Source of the DNA: a virus
IMG/VR virus record: IMGVR_UViG_3300033064_003894
Location: 32,001 to 96,000 of that record
Reading direction: 5' to 3' (one strand)
Length of the DNA: 64,000 bases
The stretch's first letter is position 1. Each line of letters starts with the position of its first letter. Shown in pieces: positions 48,434 through 58,533 of the stretch. Below the pieces are notes generated by a model that saw only the letters and a program-made list of their open reading frames with translations, was not told the origin of the DNA and did not search any database. The position numbers were made by a program, and so were the translations under genes.

Positions 48434-49630
48434 ATGACAATATTAATGGGAGCACCCCAGGTACCGTCGTCGTCATACTCTAGCACACATTTTGGTGTTG
48501 TTAAGGGGCCATATACAAGAAATAGCGAGGACTCTAAGTCTCAAGAGTATACAGGACTGTATTGGGTATCTATAGACACAGCAAGTGGCACCTCTATAGA
48601 TAGGGTCTGTATGGTTTCTTCTACGTCATACAGCTACTCGCAAGGTGTAGGAATGTTCAGGCTGCCCTCTCCAGGAGAGTCAGTTTTGGTTGCAAGGACA
48701 GTAAATAATCAATTTTATATTATTGGCGGAACGGCACAAAGGACTATAGGAAATCTTGACTCTGCCATACCAAAATTAGGATCTCCTCTTAAACCAATTT
48801 CAGAAAATGAGTTAATTATAGTAGGGAATAGAACTGACTTTCCTCTTAGCCAATCATATATTAAGTTTAGCAAGTCTGGAAGCATACGTATTCAGGCAGG
48901 CGAATATCCTAAAATAGTTCTATCTAAGTCTAAGGGAGAGATAGAGGAATCTTCTTACAGGAAAACTACGTGGACAAGGAGTGGATATGAAAAATGGGGC
49001 GTTGATGGGTCAGTGTCTTATGGGATACGTGAGCCAATGAAGGCTCCAGCGAAATGGGAGCGATACGTAAGAACTAGAGAGGCTGACAACTCTGCACCCT
49101 TTGTTCATACTCAAGAGGGGGACCTTGAAGGAGACAGGGATATACTGACTAAGGTTGACGCAATTATTTTCTCAAAGAACGTAAATAATAAATCATTTTC
49201 AATATCATATAAGAGCGGCAAAACAGTAATGGGCTTTGGAGCCATTGGTTTGCCATCAAATGGACTTGTTAGGCCAAAGGTTACGCAAATGCAATCAATT
49301 ATTGACAGCTCGTCTTCAAGCATTACTATCAATCCTGATCTAAATAATATGATTTTAAGATCTTATGATATAATTATTAGAGGCGGTAGGACCAGCTCAG
49401 ACAGAACAGGAAAAGTAACAATAGAGGGCCGGGAGCTCTCTGTACAAATGACAGGACCAATATCAATACGTGGCACTTCGGAAATATTCATAAGTGCCCC
49501 AAACATTAGGATGTCGTCTAACGTAATTGTTGATGGCACACTAACGGTTAACGGTACGGCTAATGTAAATGGCACAATTTTATGTTCTGGTCCTGTTTTT
49601 GGGAATCCGTGCACTTGGACACCTAATTAA
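48434..49630 (+). CDS. Baseplate central spike (gpV/gp5-like)
   Basis: N-terminal OB-fold LPSPGESVLVA..YIIG; C-terminal beta-helix VDGTLTVNGTANVNG. Confidence 0.7.
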   Translation: MTILMGAPQVPSSSYSSTHFGVVKGPYTRNSEDSKSQEYTGLYWVSIDTASGTSIDRVCMVSSTSYSYSQGVGMFRLPSPGESVLVARTVNNQFYIIGGTAQRTIGNLDSAIPKLGSPLKPISENELIIVGNRTDFPLSQSYIKFSKSGSIRIQAGEYPKIVLSKSKGEIEESSYRKTTWTRSGYEKWGVDGSVSYGIREPMKAPAKWERYVRTREADNSAPFVHTQEGDLEGDRDILTKVDAIIFSKNVNNKSFSISYKSGKTVMGFGAIGLPSNGLVRPKVTQMQSIIDSSSSSITINPDLNNMILRSYDIIIRGGRTSSDRTGKVTIEGRELSVQMTGPISIRGTSEIFISAPNIRMSSNVIVDGTLTVNGTANVNGTILCSGPVFGNPCTWTPN

Positions 49631-51487
49631 ATGGAAACTAACCTAGGAAACAACGTAGGTCTATGGCCTCAAAAGATCTTTGAGTACGTTAGCGCAGAAT
49701 ACAACTATATAATTCCATATATACAGAATATATCATTCAAGAGAATTGACATTGTAAATGGAGCGGCAATTGGTGGCATCACGATTGGTAATAAATCTTC
49801 TGGAATGATGGCAATTGTGCCATTAATAGTCTCAGAATTCAACCTTGCCCCAATGGACGTAATGATTATGGAAGAAGACTTGTATATTCCAATGACAGAG
49901 GCAAGAGTTTTGGAATATCTTGGACAAAACTTTGGGTCTCACATACCTAAAACAAATAATAACTATAGCACAGGAGGACGTATGCCAGTGACCCCTTTGC
50001 CTCCTGGGCACAGAAATGGCGACGTAAATAAGTATTCTAGTATATTTAGGCACGCATCTGAAAAGGCTGGCTTTGGACCAGGAGTACTTAAAATTATAAT
50101 GGACAGTATGCCTCACCTTATAAAAAAAGACGAGTCTGTTGCAAAGAGAGTTATGTCAGTGATCTCAGACATCCCGTACAGAGCTGTATGGATAAAGAGA
50201 GACTCTGACAAGAATACATGGACTGCTATATGTTCTGATGACGCAGGAAGAATAAATTTAATCGATGGCAAGGATGCGATAATACGAACTCTTTCTAAGT
50301 TTGATCCAGAGGTTGCCGAAGAGATGAAGGTGTCTGACAACATATATTTTAGTAAATATGGGAATAAGCCTATTGTCTTTGAGTCCATATCAGAGCTACC
50401 TGAAGTTCTTAGTAACACAGGAAGGGTTGCCGTGTTTGGGAAAAACAAAGATCTTATTGTAGGTCAATTTTATCATAGAGTTTCAGATATGGCAGGGAGG
50501 AGTCTAGGCCTGAGCATTTGGTTTAATGACAGCAACTGGTCAGTATCAGAGGAGATGACTGGTTACATGATACGAGAGGGACATGCTGATCGTACTCCTA
50601 CGGTTAAAAATAGAAGAAGTTACTGCTTTAGTTTTATTCATAGTGACAATGACTATATGTGCACAATGCCTTTCAAGGTTGTGTCTGAACCTAAAATAGA
50701 GGGTGGAGACTCTAAAGAAATGATAGTAGATATTGTCGACTCTAATGGGAAAGATGCAGTTCTATATTATAGCTCAGATGTATTCAAGCCTCACTGTAAT
50801 AAAGCAGGAGATAAAATAAGATACTATATTCCAAGAGATTGGAAGATGCATGATGTAGGAGAGTGCAAAATATCTCTATCGTATGTAGGAGGAAAATCAT
50901 TAGCAGATTTGGCGTCAACTGCAGCAAACACTATATCTCTGTCATTATTGGATGGCGTGTATTACATATCAGGAGAGCATTCAAAAAATTTGGCAACATC
51001 ATTCGACGGAGATTATGATCCCAGGCTAGGGAAGTCTGCAGACACATTAAATAAGGCCATATGGAACCTGGTAATGTTTGGCATGTCAGAAGGAGATGCA
51101 AGAATGTGTATTTCTTCATTGCACGAACACGGAGGCAGGATAACTATAGGGAATATAGCACCATTTGTAGCGTACGAGCCAAAGATTAGGGGAATACCTA
51201 CGGAGCTTATAAGTCTAGCAAGTTCTGTATCTAGCGAATCAGTTGACTCTATCCTTGGTCTTGGCATGTCTGACATATTGTCAAGGGATGAGCTAAGCCA
51301 GCATTCGCTCGAAATAAGAAAGCTTGAGAGCGTTTTGGCGAAACTGCTATTCAATGTTAGGATAGGTGCGTTAAACATTGAAGAGGATATGATAGTCAAG
51401 GCAATGAAATATCTTTCTGTTGTCGTAGACGAGATAGAAGCGTCAAACTCTTCAATAGTAAGAGAAAAGAAGAAAGAGGGACTATAA
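49631..51487 (+). CDS. Putative virion structural protein
   Basis: 618 aa, follows the spike gene. Confidence 0.55.
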   Translation: METNLGNNVGLWPQKIFEYVSAEYNYIIPYIQNISFKRIDIVNGAAIGGITIGNKSSGMMAIVPLIVSEFNLAPMDVMIMEEDLYIPMTEARVLEYLGQNFGSHIPKTNNNYSTGGRMPVTPLPPGHRNGDVNKYSSIFRHASEKAGFGPGVLKIIMDSMPHLIKKDESVAKRVMSVISDIPYRAVWIKRDSDKNTWTAICSDDAGRINLIDGKDAIIRTLSKFDPEVAEEMKVSDNIYFSKYGNKPIVFESISELPEVLSNTGRVAVFGKNKDLIVGQFYHRVSDMAGRSLGLSIWFNDSNWSVSEEMTGYMIREGHADRTPTVKNRRSYCFSFIHSDNDYMCTMPFKVVSEPKIEGGDSKEMIVDIVDSNGKDAVLYYSSDVFKPHCNKAGDKIRYYIPRDWKMHDVGECKISLSYVGGKSLADLASTAANTISLSLLDGVYYISGEHSKNLATSFDGDYDPRLGKSADTLNKAIWNLVMFGMSEGDARMCISSLHEHGGRITIGNIAPFVAYEPKIRGIPTELISLASSVSSESVDSILGLGMSDILSRDELSQHSLEIRKLESVLAKLLFNVRIGALNIEEDMIVKAMKYLSVVVDEIEASNSSIVREKKKEGL

Positions 51488-51876
51488 TGAAGTGCACATA
51501 TATATATGATGATGACTCTAAATGCGATGGCGACCAATTTGGTGGGTATGAATTCTGTATAGAACACTATAAATCCGCCATAGCAAAGACTAAGGCGATG
51601 GATGATACGAGGGATCGCGAGGCCTTATACGATGAGGCATTAAAGTCAATACCGCCCGTAGTTACTTCGCTAGAGCAGATAAGAGATGTTCTCGGTATTG
51701 CGATTCCTCACCTTATATTTGGAAACATGTCTCCGAAGATTGTTGATGCACTAACCAGAGCCTGCCTTGCTCAGGCTAGAATACTTGAAATAACAGAGAT
51801 TGATCAAAAGCTAAAACAGCTGGAGAAGCTGGCATCAAACGACATGCGTTATACAACGGCGTTAAGCGATGAATAG
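51487..51876 (+). CDS. CCCH zinc-finger/coiled-coil protein, possible terminase small subunit
   Basis: C-x9-C-x10-C-x2-H at the N-terminus; G.MSP..ARILE..IDQKLKQLE helical tail; upstream of terL. Confidence 0.4.
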   Translation: MKCTYIYDDDSKCDGDQFGGYEFCIEHYKSAIAKTKAMDDTRDREALYDEALKSIPPVVTSLEQIRDVLGIAIPHLIFGNMSPKIVDALTRACLAQARILEITEIDQKLKQLEKLASNDMRYTTALSDE

Positions 51877-52104
51877 ATGTCCAATATCGACGCGAGACTT
51901 AAAAAACTAGAGAATGCCCTTATTGACAGAGCAAGAGTTTTAAGGGCAACGGAAGACACCATAAGAAATCCGCTTGAGAATATAGATGAGGTCTTTGAAC
52001 TGTGCGTAAAAGGTTCAATAAAGGTAGTTCTTGAATCAAATGTTTACATATTTAAAACATCAGATACAATAGATAACGAAAATGAGATACCAGTCAATAG
52101 GTGA
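51877..52104 (+). CDS. Small hypothetical protein
   Basis: Coiled-coil start MSNIDARLKKLE. Confidence 0.5.
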   Translation: MSNIDARLKKLENALIDRARVLRATEDTIRNPLENIDEVFELCVKGSIKVVLESNVYIFKTSDTIDNENEIPVNR

Positions 52105-52414
52105 TATGCTACTACTTAAGGGTCTAGAAAAGGTTGCATTTGTTGCAACGCTAGCGAAAGGCGTACAGGCTATTGGATCTAAAGTGGTAGGTGCTGTCCC
52201 CAAGAAAGCTAGAAGCTTTTTGAAAGCTTCCACTCCATCAATGGTAGGCGGGGCAGCAGTTGGAGGAGCAGTTGGAGCGGTTACAGGCGGGCTTAGTGAC
52301 GACAGTACAGCTCTGAAAGGGCTAGGGAAAGGACTGCTTGGAGGAGCTGCATCTGGTGCAGGAGTTTACGCTGGTGGTAAGGGATGGGCGTCTTTAGCAA
52401 AAAAAACAAAATAG
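52082..52414 (+). CDS. Glycine-zipper-like putative internal virion protein
   Basis: LEKVA motif; GGAAVGGAVGAVTGG; GLLGGAASGAG. Confidence 0.55.
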   Translation: MRYQSIGDMLLLKGLEKVAFVATLAKGVQAIGSKVVGAVPKKARSFLKASTPSMVGGAAVGGAVGAVTGGLSDDSTALKGLGKGLLGGAASGAGVYAGGKGWASLAKKTK

Positions 52415-52436
52415 GACAACACTTAGCGTTGCCCTA
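52399..52436 (-). terminator. Intrinsic terminator of 52444-52722
   Basis: TAGGGCAAC-GCTAAGT-GTTGTCCTA followed by TTTTGTTTTTTTT on the minus strand. Confidence 0.75.
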
Positions 52437-52443
52437 CTAGAGG

Positions 52444-52722
52444 CTAAGACATTGCAGCTTTAGCTTCTTTCCTTTCTGCTCTAGCCAACGCCCTTTCTCT
52501 CTCGTTAAGATCGGTGCGCTTTTGGCTCAAGGCAAGAGCCGCTTCCTCTTTCTTGCACACATCTTCAGCGAAGTCAATAGCTTCTTGTCTTTCGATTAAG
52601 GTGCGTTTTTTTAGACGCTGGTTGTTTGCCGAGAAGCCTGCGGAAATTGCAAAGCCGGCAATGAAGCCCCTTAGAAGACCGCCAACTACAACTCTTCCTA
52701 GCGTGATGATGATTGGACCCAT
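52444..52722 (-). CDS. Small membrane-anchored coiled-coil protein (stand-alone cassette)
   Basis: SD AAAGGAG; hydrophobic Gly-rich N-terminus; charged coiled coil; own promoter and terminator. Confidence 0.7.
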   Translation of the reverse strand: MGPIIITLGRVVVGGLLRGFIAGFAISAGFSANNQRLKKRTLIERQEAIDFAEDVCKKEEAALALSQKRTDLNERERALARAERKEAKAAMS

Positions 52723-52747
52723 TTTTCTCCTTTGTTAGGGTTCAGTA

Positions 52748-52757
52748 TTTTATACCA
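52748..52757 (-). promoter_or_regulatory. TGGTATAAAA promoter motif
   Basis: Same 10-mer as 31878-31887. Confidence 0.55.
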
Positions 52758-52800
52758 TTAAGGGTTGCATTTTTAAGGTACAAAGGCTAAAATCTAAGCA

Positions 52801-53730
52801 ATGAAAATAGGATGCTTTGTGTCCACAAATGAAGACCTACTTACTCAAACTCTAGTTAGTGGTCTTAAAAGTCTTGGGCACGATGTAGTGTCAGACAGGG
52901 GTAATAATTACACAAGAAAGGTAGATTATGAAAAGGAAGACGGGTTTGACCTATTTATAGAGTTTTCTAATGCATGCGTTGACACGATGTTAGCCTTTAA
53001 CGTGTCTTCTGCGCACAATGGGCAACTTGTATATGTCAATGGGTGCGACTTTGAAGATGAACATTTCTTAGAAATATATCAAGATAGCTTTAGGTATCCT
53101 TCAGACTACAAGGTCTATTTTAGAAGAGAGTACAGATCTAAACTTGCAAACGGTAATGAGTATCCTCTTCAGTTTGGCATAGAGGACCGGTATCTTAAAT
53201 ATAACAACAAAGATAAGAGCATCTTTGCAACGTTTCCATCTAATGGAGAATATGCCAACAGGCTTAGTTTAAAAAGCTATATAGAGGAAAATTTCTCAGA
53301 TGTAATCACTGGACGTATAGGAAATTGGGTTCACCAGTCACCAAAAGATGACCGTGACCTATATTATGAGCATATAAGCAAAGCTAAAGCCATAGTTGTT
53401 GCGCATGGTTGGGGAGAGGATACGGCAAGATTTTATGAGTCAGTGGCAACTGGAGCTATAGTTATTGCTCAAAGATTTACTATAGACGTATACAGGCCGT
53501 TTACTCACGGAGAAAACATATTGTTTTGGGACCATCCGTCTGAAGTAGTTAAATACCTAAAAGAAGTCCGTGATGGGAAATGGGATCATATAGGCCCAGC
53601 ATGTAAGGAGTTCGCGCTAAAAAATCACACAGTCAAAGAGAGGGCTAAGTACTTTTTTGATATATTGAAGAAAATAGAGTTTTATTCATTGGCAGAGAGT
53701 GGTGCAGGCGCTATACTTCAGAAGTCGTAA
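52801..53730 (+). CDS. GT-B glycosyltransferase (CgeB/Glyco_trans_1_2-like)
   Basis: YFRREY, GEDTARFYESVATGA, FTHGENIL, HT..RAKY. Confidence 0.8.
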   Translation: MKIGCFVSTNEDLLTQTLVSGLKSLGHDVVSDRGNNYTRKVDYEKEDGFDLFIEFSNACVDTMLAFNVSSAHNGQLVYVNGCDFEDEHFLEIYQDSFRYPSDYKVYFRREYRSKLANGNEYPLQFGIEDRYLKYNNKDKSIFATFPSNGEYANRLSLKSYIEENFSDVITGRIGNWVHQSPKDDRDLYYEHISKAKAIVVAHGWGEDTARFYESVATGAIVIAQRFTIDVYRPFTHGENILFWDHPSEVVKYLKEVRDGKWDHIGPACKEFALKNHTVKERAKYFFDILKKIEFYSLAESGAGAILQKS

Positions 53731-53737
53731 AAAAAAC

Positions 53738-54541
53738 ATGAAAAATGACCTAGGAATTGTTGTACCAGTAAGAGGACAAGAGGCTTACACAAGAAAGTTT
53801 TTAGCTAACTTGGACAGTGAGCTCTCAGACTTTATGTATGATAAGAAAGTCAACGTTGTGCTTATGGACTCTGGCGGACACGAAGAATTTTCTGTTGGGA
53901 AGGATCATAGGCTATTGGAAGGGATAAGGGATATAGAAGGTATTACGTTTACATATCACAAGGTTGAGAACCCTGACGAGTCGTCTTACTATAAAATATG
54001 GAACGACGGGACAAAGTTGTCGGACGCAAAAAACGTTATAATGTCAAACAATGATATACTCGTTGTCCCAAGAACTATATATGACTTAAACTATGGTCTA
54101 GACAATGGGTACGAGTTGGTGTCTCCCGCTCAGGTGGCTACGGAGAGAGAAATAGAGGACACCAAGATAAACCATTTCACTGAGGTATTAGTCGTAGACG
54201 GTAGGGTTAGCTTTGTGGGATGGCTATTTGGGTACACAAGAGAATACTTCGATTCAGTCGGAGGGTTCAACGAGAAATATAAGTTATGGTTTGCCGATTC
54301 TGAATTCTTTATTCGGTCACATGGCAGGAAAGTTTGCGTTATAAGCAGCGCTGGAGTTTTCCACTTTTTCAGTAAAACGGTCTCCACGCTTGGACGGGAT
54401 AAGCTGTGGAGTGTAGTCAAAGAGGATTTCGAAACTCAAAAGCTTGTATCAAAAGAGCTTGGCGTAGAAATAGATGGAAGGACTGATGAAGAGTATGCAT
54501 CTATGTTTGAGAGATATTGGAGTCAAGTAGGGGCGTCTTAA
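53738..54541 (+). CDS. GT2 glycosyltransferase
   Basis: IVVPV, SNNDI, VGGFNEKYKLWFADSE, VFH. Confidence 0.85.
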   Translation: MKNDLGIVVPVRGQEAYTRKFLANLDSELSDFMYDKKVNVVLMDSGGHEEFSVGKDHRLLEGIRDIEGITFTYHKVENPDESSYYKIWNDGTKLSDAKNVIMSNNDILVVPRTIYDLNYGLDNGYELVSPAQVATEREIEDTKINHFTEVLVVDGRVSFVGWLFGYTREYFDSVGGFNEKYKLWFADSEFFIRSHGRKVCVISSAGVFHFFSKTVSTLGRDKLWSVVKEDFETQKLVSKELGVEIDGRTDEEYASMFERYWSQVGAS

Positions 54542-54545
54542 CTTA

Positions 54546-57335
54546 ATGCAGGAGATAAAGATACCAACTAGTAAGCTTATAGAAAAGGCTTTCTATGTTG
54601 ACATGGACCTTCCGTTCTCATTTAAGGAGCGTGAGTATCTTCTTCCTATATACGACAATAATGATAAAATCATTGTTCTATATTTTGCAAGACAGTCGGA
54701 AAAAAGCGTTTTAGAGTTTTCTCGTGTAATAAACCAATATGGCGAAAGAGTCCAAATAAAAGATTTGAATGTTGGAGATAAAGTCGCAACATTAAATACC
54801 GATGGCGTGACCATTGGCACAAGCCGTGTCATTTGGAAATCAAGAAGATACAAAAAAGACTGCTTAAGACTAAATACAAAACTAAATTATTCAATAGAGG
54901 TTGCAGGAACTCATCCAATTAGGCAGTGGAATCGTTGGACGGAAGCGAAAGCTTTAGCAGTTGGAGATAGAATTGCAACAGCACGTTTTATTGAGACGAA
55001 TCATGAAGAAAATAATATACCAGATGATGTAATTAAATTTATAGGATATATGATTGCTGATGGTAGTATTATAAAAGCGATAAGCTTTACGCAACGTATA
55101 GATTCTCTAGTATTGAAAGACTTTAGGGATATTTGCTCTAATATGGGATTTGTATATAGAGAACGTTACAGAAATAGTGATGTATTAATGCTTCACTTTG
55201 TGACTAAATCTCCGGCAGCAGAGTTATTGAGAAAATATGGTATTTACGGAAAATCTTCTTTTAATCATGCACTCCCCGCCTGTTTAATGAGGTTAGATCT
55301 TAGACAAACGAAAATACTTATTGAATCATTGTGGTCGTGTGATGGATATGTTAAGAAGTGCGAAGGTGAAGAGACTGACTACAAAATTTCTTACTGTTCT
55401 GTATCTAAAGGGCTATTAGAACAAATGCAGGCATTGCTCTGGAAATTTAAGATAGCTTCAAGAATAAGAAAATTTAAGCCGACCTTATATAAAGGAACGG
55501 GAAAGTATGCATATAGTTTATATGTAAGAACTAGAGAGAGTCAAAATATTTTCCATGAAACATTTAAAATTATTGGTAAAGAGTCATGCTTTGTTTGTGC
55601 CCAATCAAGAGACAACAGAGATACATTTCCTATTGAAATCAATGAGGATATATATGAATTAGAAAGGACTAGGGTGAAACCGAGAAGTCATAAGCCTCTA
55701 TATAAAAACGGTCTAAGGAAGACCTTAGAATATCCCTTAAGCAAAGTTAAATTCCGCAAATACTTAAAGCATTTCAGGACAGCTGGAGGTTATGATCAAG
55801 CATTGGTGGATAAATTAGATATACACTCAGACACGGACCTTTTTTGGGATAAGATTGAAAGCGTAGAAGATATAGGAGAACAGTGGTGTTACGACATTGA
55901 AGTAGAGGGAACGAATAATTTCTTGGTTGATGGGGTTGTCACTCATAATAGTACAACATTGGCAAATAAAATACTTTTAAATAGTATTACGAACAGGAGA
56001 TTTAGATCTCTTTACGTCACCTCAGCGGATGCTCAGGCTAAAGAATTTTCAGTAGATAAGCTGCAACCTAAATTAAAGTATTCTCCGACAATAAATAGGC
56101 ACTTTTGGGGCTCTCAGCCAGAAGCAGACAACGTGTTTTCTAAAGAGCTTAAGAATGGAAGCAGAATATTGATAAGGAGTATGTTTAAGAGTGCAGATAG
56201 GATAAGGGGAATTTCAGCAGACCTCCTGGCGGTCGACGAATTGCAGGACATAAATCCTGATTTCCTCGCAGTAGCGGAAGAGTGTCTTTCTCACTCAAAT
56301 TATAAGCTAAGAATGTATGCTGGGACGCCTGACACCGCTTTGGATGCATTAGATCAGGTCTGGTCATTTTCTGATAAAACAGAGTTCGTATTTAAATGTC
56401 CTAAAGGCCATTGGAACAGACAAGACCATGCAATGGTGGCAAGAATTACCAAGGCTGGAATTTTATGCAAAACATGTGGAGAGGTATTAGATAGGCGTAC
56501 CGGTGAATGGGTGGTTATGAATAAACAAGGAAGATATAAAGGATACAGAACTAGTCAAATGATGGTGCCGTGGATAACGGTTGATGAGCTTATAGATAAA
56601 AGAGAGCGTTACTCATCTAAGAGGTTTTTTAACGAAGTTGCAGCTCTTCCTTATGATGCGATAGGTGCTCCTATAAATGAAGGGCACTTAAGAAAATGTT
56701 GCGATGAAGGGTTTAAGATGATCAAAGACGGGGTCTATCCAAAAATAGATAGAAATGTTCATGTATTTATGGGCTCCGATTGGGGCTCTGGGTCCGCCTC
56801 ATACACAGTAATAAGTTTTTGGGCTCATATAGGTGGGAAGTGGACGCTGTTAAGGGCAAAGAAATATACAGGCGTCGAGTCTGATCCGGCTTTACAAATG
56901 AATTTAATACTATCTGAAATGGACAGAATTAATCCTATAAGAGTAGGGTCTGACTGGGGGTTTGGATTCCTTAACAACGCTCAACTAAAACTTCATTATA
57001 AAAAGGGTGAGGTGTGTGAAATATTTAGCAGTTCTGGAGCTAGCCCGATAACTAGAGACAGCTTATCTGGAAGGTTTGTGATCAACAGGTCATATATGAT
57101 GAGCAGAGTATTTAATATGATATTAGAGGAGAGGGTAAGGTTCCCGTGCTGGGAAGACTTTGCTCAGTTTGCTCCAGACATTCTTTCTATTAGAGCTGAC
57201 GACCCGGATGAAAAGCCAGGACAGAGACAGATAAAATATGTACGTGTTGCGCCAGATGATTTTTTTCATTCAATGATGTACGCATTAATTATGGGTGAAA
57301 TTCATACAGGAAAGCTCTTGATAGATGCCATTTGA
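54546..57335 (+). CDS. terL: Terminase large subunit (GpA-like), intein-containing
   Basis: Spliced Walker A FARQSEK/STT; RIRGISAD..VDELQD (Walker B); AGTP; C-terminal nuclease MGSDWG and PDDFFHS. Confidence 0.9.
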   Translation: MQEIKIPTSKLIEKAFYVDMDLPFSFKEREYLLPIYDNNDKIIVLYFARQSEKSVLEFSRVINQYGERVQIKDLNVGDKVATLNTDGVTIGTSRVIWKSRRYKKDCLRLNTKLNYSIEVAGTHPIRQWNRWTEAKALAVGDRIATARFIETNHEENNIPDDVIKFIGYMIADGSIIKAISFTQRIDSLVLKDFRDICSNMGFVYRERYRNSDVLMLHFVTKSPAAELLRKYGIYGKSSFNHALPACLMRLDLRQTKILIESLWSCDGYVKKCEGEETDYKISYCSVSKGLLEQMQALLWKFKIASRIRKFKPTLYKGTGKYAYSLYVRTRESQNIFHETFKIIGKESCFVCAQSRDNRDTFPIEINEDIYELERTRVKPRSHKPLYKNGLRKTLEYPLSKVKFRKYLKHFRTAGGYDQALVDKLDIHSDTDLFWDKIESVEDIGEQWCYDIEVEGTNNFLVDGVVTHNSTTLANKILLNSITNRRFRSLYVTSADAQAKEFSVDKLQPKLKYSPTINRHFWGSQPEADNVFSKELKNGSRILIRSMFKSADRIRGISADLLAVDELQDINPDFLAVAEECLSHSNYKLRMYAGTPDTALDALDQVWSFSDKTEFVFKCPKGHWNRQDHAMVARITKAGILCKTCGEVLDRRTGEWVVMNKQGRYKGYRTSQMMVPWITVDELIDKRERYSSKRFFNEVAALPYDAIGAPINEGHLRKCCDEGFKMIKDGVYPKIDRNVHVFMGSDWGSGSASYTVISFWAHIGGKWTLLRAKKYTGVESDPALQMNLILSEMDRINPIRVGSDWGFGFLNNAQLKLHYKKGEVCEIFSSSGASPITRDSLSGRFVINRSYMMSRVFNMILEERVRFPCWEDFAQFAPDILSIRADDPDEKPGQRQIKYVRVAPDDFFHSMMYALIMGEIHTGKLLIDAI
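54705..55949 (+). mobile_element. Intein (415 aa) with LAGLIDADG homing endonuclease in terL Walker A
   Basis: Ser1 (SVLEFSRV), block B AGTHP, FIGYMIADG and LWSCDG, CYDIEV..NFLVDGVVTHN/S. Confidence 0.92.
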
Positions 57336-58111
57336 AAACTCATCGGTGATATGCCGCCAGCCTTTCCTCCGCTTCTCATCCATATTGGTAGCGCTAATTC
57401 CTTTTTATATATAGAGTTCAAAAACTTCTTTGCAATCACCTGATACTTTTTATTATTTATAGAGTCGATAAGGTCCAGAATCGTTCCGTCAGAAAGCATG
57501 CTAGACATTGTTTTATCTATATTTACGCAGGATTTAGCCCTAAAGCTGTTATTTTCTATTATTACAGAAGATACGGCAAGCATCGAAACGTCATTCTCAA
57601 CAGATGGAGTAATATGTCTATTTATTACAAAAGAGTATCTAGTTCCAAGCCCAAAGTTTGCGCCATTAAAGTCTATGATTTTAAATTCAGACTTAGACTT
57701 CATTATGTTCCATGGAGACAGATCGTTGTGATATATACCAAATCTATGCATTTGCTCTATGGGCTCTATGCAGAAATTAAACACATCAGAGGCCTTTTCA
57801 TTTTCTATCTCTCTATATCTGTCCATTATTATTAGAGAGTGGGCACAAGGGAAAGAGGTTTTTATTAGATTTTTGTATATGTGTGGGAAACCTACTATGC
57901 CAGAGAGTCTTTTCAATATGTAGTGCTCATGCATTGATTCATAAAACTCAGCTAAATGCTGGTCATCCTTTAAGTTGAAAAATAGAAGCTTAGCGCAGTG
58001 TTTTTTTGTTTTATTTATACTGTAAACTGCTTTTTCGAACCCATAAGAACCCATAATGTCTTCAAAAAAAAGGTTTTTATGGTCCAAAATCTTATAACTA
58101 TTTTCAATCAT
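57302..58111 (-). CDS. Ser/Thr (Hanks-type) protein kinase-like protein
   Basis: CAKL, HE..IL..L, IIMD, IYHNDLSPWNIM, KIIDF, NDV. Confidence 0.75.
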   Translation of the reverse strand: MIENSYKILDHKNLFFEDIMGSYGFEKAVYSINKTKKHCAKLLFFNLKDDQHLAEFYESMHEHYILKRLSGIVGFPHIYKNLIKTSFPCAHSLIIMDRYREIENEKASDVFNFCIEPIEQMHRFGIYHNDLSPWNIMKSKSEFKIIDFNGANFGLGTRYSFVINRHITPSVENDVSMLAVSSVIIENNSFRAKSCVNIDKTMSSMLSDGTILDLIDSINNKKYQVIAKKFLNSIYKKELALPIWMRSGGKAGGISPMSFQMASIKSFPV

Positions 58112-58533
58112 TCTACAGTCAAGTTAGAGATATTTTCGCCTGCAATTTTTAGTATGTTTTCTGGGCACTCTGTCTTTCTGAGACCATAAAGACATTTTAT
58201 CATTTTTGCTTTTTCTTGACTAGATATTCTCCCACCTCTTACACTGACAGAAGGAAGCCCTAAAAGTTTTCTCCTATGATTAACTGTTGACTGAATAACA
58301 GATTTATGTGCACTTGAATTGTTACCCACCGACCAAAACAATATTATCTCGTCATCAGACACCTTGAGAGATCCAGTGCCATTCATTTGTTGATGAAGGC
58401 GTACTCTTTTTTGTGTAATATAAGCTGGCTTAATATAAGTACCTTTCTGTATAGCATAAGTCACTGCGAATGACCTTGTTGACTTATATCTATTTTGTAT
58501 TTTCTTTAGAAGCCCTAGTATGGTTCTTGCCAT
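58108..58533 (-). CDS. Hypothetical basic protein
   Basis: 141-aa ORF in operon. Confidence 0.5.
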   Translation of the reverse strand: MARTILGLLKKIQNRYKSTRSFAVTYAIQKGTYIKPAYITQKRVRLHQQMNGTGSLKVSDDEIILFWSVGNNSSAHKSVIQSTVNHRRKLLGLPSVSVRGGRISSQEKAKMIKCLYGLRKTECPENILKIAGENISNLTVE

